Notes under the pieces: generated by a model | What the model was told of the DNA's origin: nothing | Database searches by the model: none | Seen by the model: the letters and a program-made list of their open reading frames with translations, nothing else | Assembly (NCBI GenBank): GCA_029260875.1 | Contig: JAJDCL010000027.1 | Coordinates: forward strand, 7,354-71,353 | DNA from: Candidatus Saccharimonadota bacterium | Lineage (GTDB): Bacteria > Patescibacteriota > Saccharimonadia > Saccharimonadales > OFTM59 | Reading direction: 5' to 3' | DNA: 64,000 nt | Translations under genes and position numbers: made by a program | Part shown: piece by piece, positions 53,144-61,617 of the stretch | How the letters are laid out: each line of letters opens with the position of its first letter | Position numbering within the stretch: position 1 is the first letter of the stretch

Positions 53144-53707
53144 TCAGAACCGGATGTGGCGCATGAGACGATCAATCGGGTCCGGCTTGCGCTCTTCGTG
53201 TGGTAAATAGTTACTTAGGGCATTTATAATTTTTTCTTCTTGGTCTGGCGGATAATAAACCGAGATGGCTGGCATGAACCGCTTTAAGGGAATCAGCTGC
53301 AAAGAGCTGAAGCCCTTTTCGGGCTGGATTGAGAATGTGCGCAAAATACTATAAGGATAAAGTTTATCGCCTATGACAATGCCGCGTCTTTCTATTGCAT
53401 AGTCCAGTGTCCGGGGCGGGCGCGATGCAAAGAACCCAAAACTAATAGCTACTAATACTATAGCCACAACCGTAAGCACATCTCGTCCGATAAGATAAAT
53501 AACGCCTGAGACAACTATGGTGGCAACAGCAAGAACAACGTACCATAAAACTGATTTTTGATGGTCTATGTATTCGGATGCGGTCCAATGAACCTCGGGT
53601 ACCGTCGCAAAGTCTGGATTAGCAGCAACTGGTTCGTCATCCTCGCGATAAAAGGAGGGTTCTGGCGCCCCAGCAGGCCCAAGATTAGATGTTGTTTCAT
53701 CCTGCAT
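53144..53707 (-). CDS. Hypothetical two-TM membrane protein
   Basis: Central hairpin of two TM helices (VLWYVVLAVATIVVSGVIYLI and LTVVAIVLVAISFGFFA) followed by a soluble beta-rich domain. Confidence 0.55.
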   Translation of the reverse strand: MQDETTSNLGPAGAPEPSFYREDDEPVAANPDFATVPEVHWTASEYIDHQKSVLWYVVLAVATIVVSGVIYLIGRDVLTVVAIVLVAISFGFFASRPPRTLDYAIERRGIVIGDKLYPYSILRTFSIQPEKGFSSLQLIPLKRFMPAISVYYPPDQEEKIINALSNYLPHEERKPDPIDRLMRHIRF

Positions 53708-53796
53708 AAGCGTATTGTACCATCCAGTGCCACTAGTAGAGCCACAAATTAGAAGTGGAACGCGCCGTCTTATCTGTTATAATTGCAAATTGTTGT

Positions 53797-53846
53797 GGAG
53801 AGGTACCCAAGTCATATTATGCGTTTGCTCGGGTAAACCCTCCGCA
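53797..53846 (+). pseudogene. Decayed tRNA-Ser(GCU) fragment
   Basis: The first 15 nt GGAGAGGTACCCAAG are identical to 53980-53994. Downstream, TTTGCT (anticodon-loop-like) and GGGTAAACCCTCCGCA parallel GGGTTCAAATCCCTCC...GCCA with deletions. It cannot fold as a tRNA. Confidence 0.5.
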
Positions 53847-53979
53847 AACGGCCAAGCAAGGAAAACGTAAACTGCCACAGGCTATTTACGGACATGAAGG
53901 TCTATCCATCAGTCAGTTTTGACTATATATTTTTGACCAATAGTGGCACGAAAATCGCGCCACTATCAGCCAAAAATAT

Positions 53980-54072
53980 GGAGAGGTACCCAAGAGGCTG
54001 AAGGGGTCGGTTTGCTAAATCGATAGGGGGGAGCAATCCCCCGCGAGGGTTCAAATCCCTCCCTCTCCGCCA
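53980..54072 (+). tRNA. tRNA-Ser (anticodon GCT)
   Basis: Acceptor GGAGAGG/CCTCTCC, anticodon loop TTGCTAA, long GC-rich variable arm, T-arm GAGGG-TTCAAAT-CCCTC, and an encoded CCA. Confidence 0.9.
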
Positions 54073-54202
54073 GTACAAATTTTTAAACCAAGGCTATGCA
54101 TGTTTAAAAATTTTAGAGGAAGGGCACTGCTAATCACGCAAGGCAAAATGAGCAAACTTGTTTTGTCATTTAGTCGGCGAGATTTATAAGTCGCCGCGAG
54201 AA

Positions 54203-54294
<92 letters not shown>

Positions 54295-54309
54295 GATATA
54301 GTTCTAAAG

Positions 54310-54358
54310 AGACCCGTCCACCTAAGTACGTATTAGAGGTGAGGTGGGTCTTTTAATT
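54310..54358 (+). terminator. Imperfect hairpin plus T-rich tract after tRNA-Ser(UGA)
   Basis: AGACCC...CACCT / AGGTG...GGGTCT, followed by tttaattt. Confidence 0.4.
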
Positions 54359-54419
54359 TAGCTTAAAATGTTATGAAACACCTATTGCCGTTCACTAGGA
54401 GGATGCGATTCGAACTGGC

Positions 54420-55760
54420 TTAGTTAAACTTTTTAGACCTTCGTTTTCGCTCAATATAGACCTTTTTACTTTTAAGGAGGATCTCGCCTTTCACATAGCG
54501 TAGAATCTCACGTTTTTCTTCTTTGGTTCCATTTTCTAGGACATACTTGGCATAAGCTTTGAGATCAATCGCTGGTTTAGTCGATTTGGTCTCACCGCTT
54601 CCAATCACATCGTTGAATTTATGGTAGCGTTCTAGCTCCTCCTTGAATTGTTCCTGTGCACCGATCTCATCGAGCTCAAGTTTATCAATCAGTCCGAGAA
54701 GTTCATCCATGAGATCAGCTTCACGTATGTACGGCTCGATGCAGTCTAGATCATTAGCTCGACCACAGTGATAGTAGATATAACGTCTAATCTCGCCAGT
54801 TGCTTTGATCTTTTTGACATGTTCTTCGGCGGTGACGCCAGTTTTGCAGGCTCCGCACTTGAGTATTCGAGTAAAGCCGAACTCTTTACTGCCATACGGT
54901 GCTCTAGGAGCTGCAGCCATCTGAACCTGTACTTGGTCAAATAGTTCCTTAGATATGAGTGGTTGGTGCTTGCCTTTGTGCATAGTGGGATTGGTTTTTG
55001 GGTATTTGAATTCACCGTAGAAGAATGGGTTTTGTAATGTTCGGTATATGTGACTTAAACCAAGTTTATTGCCATGTTTAGACTCAAAGCCTATGTCTTC
55101 TAGCCACCTTCTAATGTCTCGTCCTGTATAGGCTTGGTGAGCTACTTTCTCAAACATCTCAATAATGACTGGTGACCTGTCTGGGTCAACAACTATCTTC
55201 TCCTCGCCAATACCATTATTAAGGTAACCAACTGGTGCCACGCCTGGTCGCCAGCCATTGGCAGCTTTGTTATGTAGCCCCCTGATGACATTGACACCTC
55301 TGTTGTCGTTTTCTAGTTTGGCTTGAGAACCGAGAATCATCAGTAAGAATTTCTCGTTTGGTGAGTTGGTAAAGGTCTGTCCATGAGTACGAATCTCCAT
55401 GAGTTTACCCTGATCCATGAGGTCGACGAGAATTCCTAAATCTCCTGCCGATCTGCTTAGACGATCCGGAGCCCAACAGACTAGACCGTTGAAGTAACCT
55501 AGTTCGATATCTTTCATTAGTCGATTGTAGATAGGCCTACTACCAGCTACTTTTGAGGAATGGCTTTCTTGACGAACCTCAGTAATCTCGATACCCCAAT
55601 GATCGGCTAGAAGCTCCATTTCTTTGATTTGTTGTTCAATAGATAGAGCTTGTCGTTCATCTTGCTCACTCGATTTACGAGCATAGAGACAATATCTAAT
55701 CTGGGTTGTTTTGGACGTACTATGTATCTGTTGGGGTGAAGTTAATTCCATCAAGGACAA
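54420..55760 (-). CDS. Large serine recombinase (resolvase/invertase N-terminal domain, recombinase domain, zinc ribbon)
   Basis: CLYARKSSEQD (catalytic Ser context), VCWAPDRLSR, the recombinase-domain segment GVAPVGY, and CGACKTG...YYHCG as the zinc ribbon. Confidence 0.9.
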   Translation of the reverse strand: MSLMELTSPQQIHSTSKTTQIRYCLYARKSSEQDERQALSIEQQIKEMELLADHWGIEITEVRQESHSSKVAGSRPIYNRLMKDIELGYFNGLVCWAPDRLSRSAGDLGILVDLMDQGKLMEIRTHGQTFTNSPNEKFLLMILGSQAKLENDNRGVNVIRGLHNKAANGWRPGVAPVGYLNNGIGEEKIVVDPDRSPVIIEMFEKVAHQAYTGRDIRRWLEDIGFESKHGNKLGLSHIYRTLQNPFFYGEFKYPKTNPTMHKGKHQPLISKELFDQVQVQMAAAPRAPYGSKEFGFTRILKCGACKTGVTAEEHVKKIKATGEIRRYIYYHCGRANDLDCIEPYIREADLMDELLGLIDKLELDEIGAQEQFKEELERYHKFNDVIGSGETKSTKPAIDLKAYAKYVLENGTKEEKREILRYVKGEILLKSKKVYIERKRRSKKFN

Positions 55761-55831
55761 GGTACCGCTGGTGGTGGTGGAAGTCCAGGGTTTGGCTAAT
55801 AGGATTATTCTGCCTAAACCAGAGCCACATA

Positions 55832-58045
55832 TTACGCATCTAAGAAGCCGGCTTCAGCCAATTGTGCTCCGCGTTGAAGAGAGTCGACCGTCCGAGCAGA
55901 TCGAGTATCAAAACCCTTACCCTCTAACACTTTGGCTACATATGGAAGAGTCAATGCGCTAGGCCGGTAATGACCGGAGCCATTATTGAGTTCAGTTACT
56001 TGCCAGGTGCCATCTATTTTTGTAAATATCAATTCACCAGCTCCATAAACATTCCGTCCACCAGACAACTCTGAGTGGGCAGCCCGTCCAGTTACTTTAC
56101 CTCTAAACTTCTCCTCATCAACCCTAATGGTACCATCAGCGTCAACTGTATAAATAAACTTAATAAGGTTCTGGGCTTTGTCTTCAATAACCTGTTGGGC
56201 AAGTTTATCCCATTCACCCTTACCACCTACGACAGGAATCAATATATCTTGTAATAATGCGTAATTACTGTTAATTTGAGCATCGTAACGCTCTCTAATA
56301 ACACCTTTTGTACTATTCTCTGCAACCTTGATTTCTGCAACTTTTGTTTGTTCAAGTTCTGCGATTGCTGCTTCAATTCTTGTTATTTTCTCACTTTGCT
56401 GCGCCAGACCGCGAGCAGGTGCACCTAGACGTAGTAACTCTGCTTCTTCCTCAGTGGTTCGAGTTGGTTGAGATGAGAGTTCGCTATGACGGGCAGAGAC
56501 ATACCCCAGAACTTCCATCGCCCTAGTGATGTTTGTTTTTAACAATGCAGTTTGCTTCTTCTCGTATCCTTGCTCACTGACATCTTTAAGGACTTCTGTT
56601 TTGCCGGAAGCAGGATCATAGACTGAAACTTCACGATAGGTTCTATCCAGGGTAGGTGTGAGGTACTCGTGTAGTTCTTCTACGGTAGCAAATCTCTCGG
56701 GTTTATCATATATACGGCTCTCATCACCCTTTTTAACGCTTTGAATGGAATCCATAATGACGTGTTCAACATTAAGAGCAGTTCCTTCGGCTGGCAAATT
56801 AGCTGCATAGCCCATAGCAGAGCGTGCTTCGTGCCTAGAATGTTCCTGCTGCGATCCTATTCGACCCACTTCTTGAGACCGAATCATCTCAATACGTTGC
56901 ATTACCTCAGCTAACACGATCGAAATTTCTTCTTCAGAGAGTAGGTAGCCTTTTTGAGCTTTTGTAGCATCAGGGTTTTGCCTGAGGTAGTCTTGTACCT
57001 CCCGCAATGTCTGTTCAACAAAAGTCGGGGTCGCCTCTTCACTGTAAGATGCCAACTCATTAGATATATTGACCACTTGGTCCGCTTTTTCATCCAAACG
57101 CTGATACAAAGTTTGCTTGTAAAAGTTATCAAACTCGTCATATACTTCGGGTGAATTAATACTCGTAGGGTTATCAATGTAGGGTTGTAGGGCTTCAGGA
57201 GCACCCTGTGGTTTCGTAGTCAACACACTTACAATGCTCCTATCAAGGATGGCCTTATGAACGCCCTTAATAACTTGATGGTCCCTTGGATCTTCGAACT
57301 GAGGATTTTCGAACTGCAATCCATTGTTGCCCGAACCTCTCTTAAGTACAAAACGATATTCGCCACCGCTCGGTAAAGGTAGTGTGTATACTATTTCGAC
57401 ATTTGGTATTGGACCGAGATCATCAATGCCATCACCTGTTGCCCAAGTCAGAAACTCCGTGTCAATAATGCCATTTAATTCAACGGTGGCTCCTTTTATT
57501 TGCCCAGCTTCTGTGGCAGTTTGATATTTAAGTAACTGGTTCCTTTGTTCGGGAAGAGCTCCATAACTTCGACGGGAAGAACTTTTTGCTTCATAAACAT
57601 ATAGCTCTCCCCCACGCGATATGGGTACATCAATATCTATTGAGCTAGTAAGTTCTTTGTGAGGAGGCAAGGACATGTCAGCACCTTTTTTGGGAAATCC
57701 TAGATAGGTAACCTTTGGCGGTTCTTTCAATAATCCAAAATCTACTGTCTCTTTACCCTCATTAATAACTTTGTAGATCCGTGAGACCTCAAATAGTAGA
57801 CCTTTGACTTTAGTGATACCCGAAACCGCATCTGGGTTAGCGATTGCGTCTTCATAACGCTTTAGGTAGCCGCCATGCAAGTGGTCCGGTAGCATACCAA
57901 GATAGGTATTAAGTTGTTCGCCTGGTGTTAATGCTTGAGCTGCTTGTTCTACAGGTACTTCTAGTTGTGCCTCCGGCATGATCTGCGACTGTTCGACTTG
58001 AGGCTGTGTAATTTCGGTGGGAATTGGCGAAGGATCACGTTTCAT
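55832..58045 (-). CDS. Large hypothetical protein: PD-(D/E)xK-like nuclease core, coiled-coil middle, conserved C-terminal module
   Basis: LLFEVSRIY (helix Glu), SIDIDV (Asp), ELYVYEAKSS (ExK) and EQRNQLLKYQ occur in canonical order at aa 83-176. The C-terminus reads GRAAHSELSGGRNVYGAGELIF...ELNNGSGHYRPS. Confidence 0.55.
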   Translation of the reverse strand: MKRDPSPIPTEITQPQVEQSQIMPEAQLEVPVEQAAQALTPGEQLNTYLGMLPDHLHGGYLKRYEDAIANPDAVSGITKVKGLLFEVSRIYKVINEGKETVDFGLLKEPPKVTYLGFPKKGADMSLPPHKELTSSIDIDVPISRGGELYVYEAKSSSRRSYGALPEQRNQLLKYQTATEAGQIKGATVELNGIIDTEFLTWATGDGIDDLGPIPNVEIVYTLPLPSGGEYRFVLKRGSGNNGLQFENPQFEDPRDHQVIKGVHKAILDRSIVSVLTTKPQGAPEALQPYIDNPTSINSPEVYDEFDNFYKQTLYQRLDEKADQVVNISNELASYSEEATPTFVEQTLREVQDYLRQNPDATKAQKGYLLSEEEISIVLAEVMQRIEMIRSQEVGRIGSQQEHSRHEARSAMGYAANLPAEGTALNVEHVIMDSIQSVKKGDESRIYDKPERFATVEELHEYLTPTLDRTYREVSVYDPASGKTEVLKDVSEQGYEKKQTALLKTNITRAMEVLGYVSARHSELSSQPTRTTEEEAELLRLGAPARGLAQQSEKITRIEAAIAELEQTKVAEIKVAENSTKGVIRERYDAQINSNYALLQDILIPVVGGKGEWDKLAQQVIEDKAQNLIKFIYTVDADGTIRVDEEKFRGKVTGRAAHSELSGGRNVYGAGELIFTKIDGTWQVTELNNGSGHYRPSALTLPYVAKVLEGKGFDTRSARTVDSLQRGAQLAEAGFLDA

Positions 58046-58049
58046 GGCG

Positions 58050-59462
58050 TTAGCTTACCCGTTCACCTAGTTCTATAATTTCCTGGGCGGTAGTAATCCC
58101 AATCCCTTGCGGGTTGCCTTTAGTTAATAGCGTGACGTGGTGAGGTTGTTCTTGTAACTCCAACCCAGTCAGTTCATTGATGCTCGCCAAGAACTTTTCT
58201 GCGCCTGGGCACTGCAGCATCTCAATAATTGATTCGCGAGGAGTCTCTTCGCCTTCATAAGGTTTTTTGAGTTTATATCTTTCACCTGTAGGCTGAATAC
58301 CCCAATCTGCTTTAGCCGCTAATTCCTCTATGCTGGTAGCAAGCTCCGGATTTGCCTTTATTGCAGCCTTAAGTAGCTTGCCCTGCTTAAAACCAAGGAT
58401 AGTTAAGTGCAATTCATCTTTTGGCTTAAATCCTTCTGACTCAGTTGCCTCTATAACGTCCGGGTCAATTAATTCTTGACCGCCTAGACCAAGTAACAGA
58501 GTGCCTGTCTTAGCATCAAACCGTACCTCAAGGGGCTTAATAGTCTCATTGTCTTCCGGCGTTTCATTAGCTTCAGTCAAAGCACGATCTTGTAGTTCTT
58601 CTACATGCTCAATTGGTTTACCCGTTAGCATTACTGTATTGAACCAAGCATTAGCAGATTCTGAGAATGTTGATTCATTAATAGCACCTGTTTCATCACG
58701 ATGTTGATTAGGATTTGGGTGCTTGGGCATAAATCGGCCTGGAGCAGCAGTGTACATAGTTTTTCCGCTCTGGCCTGGTCCAAAGACCACAAATAACTCA
58801 GTAGTATCGCGCTTTGGTGCGTCAACAATTGGGACTATAACTCCGCCACGAATTAACTGAAATTGAATTTTTGCATCTGGGTGTGCTTTTCGATACTCCT
58901 CAACAAATGCTGTCTTTTCTTCTTCTGTGCCACTGTGATTGAGTTCAAAAACACCCTCCTTGAGGTCCATTACTGTTTCAACGTCGCCCCCCTCAAGTAC
59001 ACCATCTGCAACTAATTCATCCATAGTAGCTATACCTTCTTGACCCATGTGTTTGCCCATATCCATTGAGAAAGCGGATACTTCGTCTTGGCTCGTTGCC
59101 ACTTCAGCAGGAATCTTGGGTGCCATATCCGCAAATAAGCCGTCCAGACTATCGTAATCAAACTTACTTCCCGCTTCGGTGCCTTTTATATGCAAGGAGT
59201 CAATATGTCCTGCAGTTGCAATTGAGACGCTCAGATCGTTATCTGATTGATCTTTAAATGCGTATATAGGCGTAGCAGCATCAACTCCTTCTGCTACACG
59301 CCCATCTGGTAGCGTCACTGATACTTCGACAGGAGGATTCCAAGGGAGCTCGTCATTAACTTTTGTAATGTCGACTTGGGAAAAAGCAGCCATTTCTGAA
59401 TTAACAACTTCGAGCGATAAGTTGTGGGGGTTGGTTAATTCTGGGCTTAGTTGTTTTGTCAT
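58050..59462 (-). CDS. Hypothetical protein with C-terminal 2H-phosphoesterase (LigT/CPDase-like) domain
   Basis: Two HxT motifs 90 aa apart in hydrophobic contexts: ELHLTILGF (H352/T354) and PHHVTLLTKG (H442/T444). The N-terminal ~330 aa are unassigned and contain a Walker-A-like GPGQSGKT. Confidence 0.6.
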   Translation of the reverse strand: MTKQLSPELTNPHNLSLEVVNSEMAAFSQVDITKVNDELPWNPPVEVSVTLPDGRVAEGVDAATPIYAFKDQSDNDLSVSIATAGHIDSLHIKGTEAGSKFDYDSLDGLFADMAPKIPAEVATSQDEVSAFSMDMGKHMGQEGIATMDELVADGVLEGGDVETVMDLKEGVFELNHSGTEEEKTAFVEEYRKAHPDAKIQFQLIRGGVIVPIVDAPKRDTTELFVVFGPGQSGKTMYTAAPGRFMPKHPNPNQHRDETGAINESTFSESANAWFNTVMLTGKPIEHVEELQDRALTEANETPEDNETIKPLEVRFDAKTGTLLLGLGGQELIDPDVIEATESEGFKPKDELHLTILGFKQGKLLKAAIKANPELATSIEELAAKADWGIQPTGERYKLKKPYEGEETPRESIIEMLQCPGAEKFLASINELTGLELQEQPHHVTLLTKGNPQGIGITTAQEIIELGERVS

Positions 59463-59721
59463 TTTTGTTTTTCGATATTTAACAAGTATACAATAGCACA
59501 GATTAGATAATAATGCAAGTGATTGATGCTCTGTTACACCTCTTTTTTATAGTGTCCGATTTTGTCCCATTAACTAGCTGGAATAATGAGACACGGTGCA
59601 TATAGGCTTTCTGTGTCCCATTTGTCTCGTTTTTATCTGTAAAGTCTTAAAATATGAGACAATGGTATAGTTCCAGACCCGTGTGTTCCGCCATAAAGAC
59701 TGATGCAATATGCGTCAGTTT

Positions 59722-60393
59722 TTATAATTTTTGGGCGAATACGGCTGCTGTTATATGTTTTGCTTTGGCTTGCTTTAATACTTGAGCTGCCGCGCCTAGG
59801 GTTGCGCCGGTGGTTACGATGTCGTCTACTAAAAGAATAGAGGAGCCTTCGATATCAGTAAGGTTGCGTGGCCTAAACACATTAGTCAACTGCTGTCTGC
59901 GCCTAGTTCTATCTGCCCCCACCTGGCGCGTTTGACCTTGACGTAAAAGCAGCGGTTTAAACCTGCGCTCAAGCAGCTTAGCTAGACGCTTAGCAATCAG
60001 CTCGGACTGGTCGTAGCCACGCATACGACGGCGACTAGTGGCTGTCGGTACAAATGTAATAATTGTTTCTGGTGGCAAATAAGGCAGGGGCGTCTTTATT
60101 AGTTCAGCTGCTTCGTCGGCAACACTCATGGCCCGCTCAAACTTCAGCCGGCTAATAAGTTCTTTAGCTATCCCTTCGTATTCGCTCGCCACCCAGACGT
60201 TCTTAAGAAGACTTTTGCGGCGACATCTTTTGCAAGTTGCAAAATCCAAGCTTTGTCCTCTACAGAGATAGCAACGCGGTGGAACGGGAGAAATTGCGTC
60301 AATTTTACACCAGTTGCAAAGTAGCCGGCCCTCAGCGTTGCAAGAAAGGCAATTATAAGGGGCAAAAAGTCGTAATAAGCCTGTAATTAACAT
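59722..60393 (-). CDS. comFC: ComF-family protein (ComFC-type phosphoribosyltransferase-like)
   Basis: N-terminal double CxxC zinc-finger region (CLSC..C..C, CYLC..C..C) and the C-terminal PRTase motif ILLVDDIVTTGATL. Confidence 0.85.
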   Translation of the reverse strand: MLITGLLRLFAPYNCLSCNAEGRLLCNWCKIDAISPVPPRCYLCRGQSLDFATCKRCRRKSLLKNVWVASEYEGIAKELISRLKFERAMSVADEAAELIKTPLPYLPPETIITFVPTATSRRRMRGYDQSELIAKRLAKLLERRFKPLLLRQGQTRQVGADRTRRRQQLTNVFRPRNLTDIEGSSILLVDDIVTTGATLGAAAQVLKQAKAKHITAAVFAQKL

Positions 60394-60426
60394 TGTGTTG
60401 TGATTAATGTGTTGTAAATATAGGGG

Positions 60427-60469
60427 CTAGCAGTTGCACCCCCATTTACATCTAAGCTATACTTGCTAG
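60427..60469 (+). promoter_or_regulatory. hsp20 promoter bracketed by an inverted repeat
   Basis: TTGCAC (60434-39), 18 nt spacer, TATACT (60458-63). It is enclosed by CTAGCAGT (60427-34) and ACTTGCTAG (60461-69). Confidence 0.5.
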
Positions 60470-60540
60470 TAACAAAAATTGCAAGCAAACATCTGAAGAA
60501 TAAACTAAAGTTTCGCGCTAGAAAGTGGAGGGTAACACTT

Positions 60541-61023
60541 ATGGCTCGTAGAAGCCGCGACGAAGATTTACTGATGGAGGACGAACTGACTGCTGCCTTT
60601 TTGGGTGACGATGATATGCCGCAGGCAGTCGCTCCTGTCGACGACCCACAACCTGCAGGCAATGCTCCAGCAGACGAATGGGATGAAGATGATGCTGTAC
60701 CAGGGCAGTTAGCTGTTGATGTCTATGAAACTAAGGAAAAGCTAGTGGTCAAGGCTCGCACAGCTGGCGTCAACAAGCACGATCTAGATGTGAGCATTGC
60801 TGACAACACTCTTAGTATTCGTGGCACGCTTTCAGCTGGCAACGAAGAAGATGTTGAAAACTACTTCGTACAAGAATGTTATTGGGGCGAGTTTAGCCGT
60901 AGCATTGCACTTCCGGTGCCAGTTAAAGAAGATGAGATTGAGGCCGTTTTAAAAGATGGAGTCCTGACAATTTCATTTACCAAACTCAAGCAAGACACCG
61001 TAAAGAAAATCCAGATTCTTTAA
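60541..61023 (+). CDS. Hsp20/alpha-crystallin family small heat-shock protein
   Basis: Start at ATG 60541, after a GGAGGG SD. LAVDVYETKEKLVVKARTAGVNKHDLDVSI...FSRSIALP...DGVLTISF is the alpha-crystallin domain. Confidence 0.9.
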   Translation: MARRSRDEDLLMEDELTAAFLGDDDMPQAVAPVDDPQPAGNAPADEWDEDDAVPGQLAVDVYETKEKLVVKARTAGVNKHDLDVSIADNTLSIRGTLSAGNEEDVENYFVQECYWGEFSRSIALPVPVKEDEIEAVLKDGVLTISFTKLKQDTVKKIQIL

Positions 61024-61040
61024 TACGGGTCTTAATCGCC

Positions 61041-61078
61041 AAACAATACACCCGCCAATTCTTGCGGGTGTATTGTTT
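61041..61078. terminator. Perfect 15-bp hairpin after hsp20
   Basis: AAACAATACACCCGC-caattctt-GCGGGTGTATTGTTT, followed by tat/aact. Confidence 0.6.
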
Positions 61079-61094
61079 ATAACTCGGGCAAAAT

Positions 61095-61125
61095 TAAAAA
61101 ATCCGGTTAAGTGCCGGATGTTTTA
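61095..61125 (-). terminator. Intrinsic terminator of the pilin-like gene array
   Basis: On the minus strand: ATCCGG-cacttaa-CCGGAT followed by TTTTTT, 17 nt after the last pilin-like stop. Confidence 0.6.
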
Positions 61126-61141
61126 ATGGGCAGTCTCTCTG

Positions 61142-61549
61142 TTATTCGGCTGCGCGTTGTAGTACGAACCGCACAACAACCTGAGCTAGCACAACAACAA
61201 TCAAACCCACGATAGCGTAGAGGATTGTGTTCTTTGCGCTTGTGATATTACCTGAGTCACCCCCAGAGGTGATGTACTTGAGGCCACCGATGATAATCAT
61301 AATAACAGCTACGATACCGACAACTACAGAGAAGATATCTACAACTCGTTTTATTATGGTATCCACACGACTGGCTGCGTCTTCACCGGTACCCTCGTCG
61401 GTTGATTGAGCACCGGCATCAAGACAGTTTGCGATTGTGTCGTTACAGTTAAGGCTTTGTGCTGATGCTGTTCCGAGAGCCACAAAGGGCAGTACGAGCA
61501 GGCTTAAGAGTGCTGAGCTTAATATTATTCTTTTAATTGTTTTAATCAC
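61142..61549 (-). CDS. T4SS-type (VirB2/TrbC-like) pilin-like protein, paralog 6
   Basis: Signal peptide (...GTASAQS), a Cys pair (NCNDTIANC), then helix, GGLKYITSGGDSGNITSAKNTILYAIVG, and a second helix. Confidence 0.6.
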   Translation of the reverse strand: MIKTIKRIILSSALLSLLVLPFVALGTASAQSLNCNDTIANCLDAGAQSTDEGTGEDAASRVDTIIKRVVDIFSVVVGIVAVIMIIIGGLKYITSGGDSGNITSAKNTILYAIVGLIVVVLAQVVVRFVLQRAAE

Positions 61550-61617
61550 GGTAGTGTTACCTTTCTTATTTCTTGATTAGTTATACCATACGAGCTTTTG
61601 TTACTACAAGGCAAAAT

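Noticed and set aside
58759-58782. Walker A motif GPGQSGKT, which would imply a kinase/NTPase domain in the 470-aa island protein
   Set aside because: The sequence after GKT (MYTAAPGRFMPKHP) is Pro/Gly-rich rather than helical, and I see no Walker B or lid motifs. It is probably fortuitous, so I did not call it as a domain.
59687-59693. TCCGCCA as the attR copy of the tRNA-Ser(UGA) 3' end
   Set aside because: A 7-nt match is expected by chance in 64 kb, and the flanking bases do not match the tRNA. I mention it only as a weak candidate in the junction finding.
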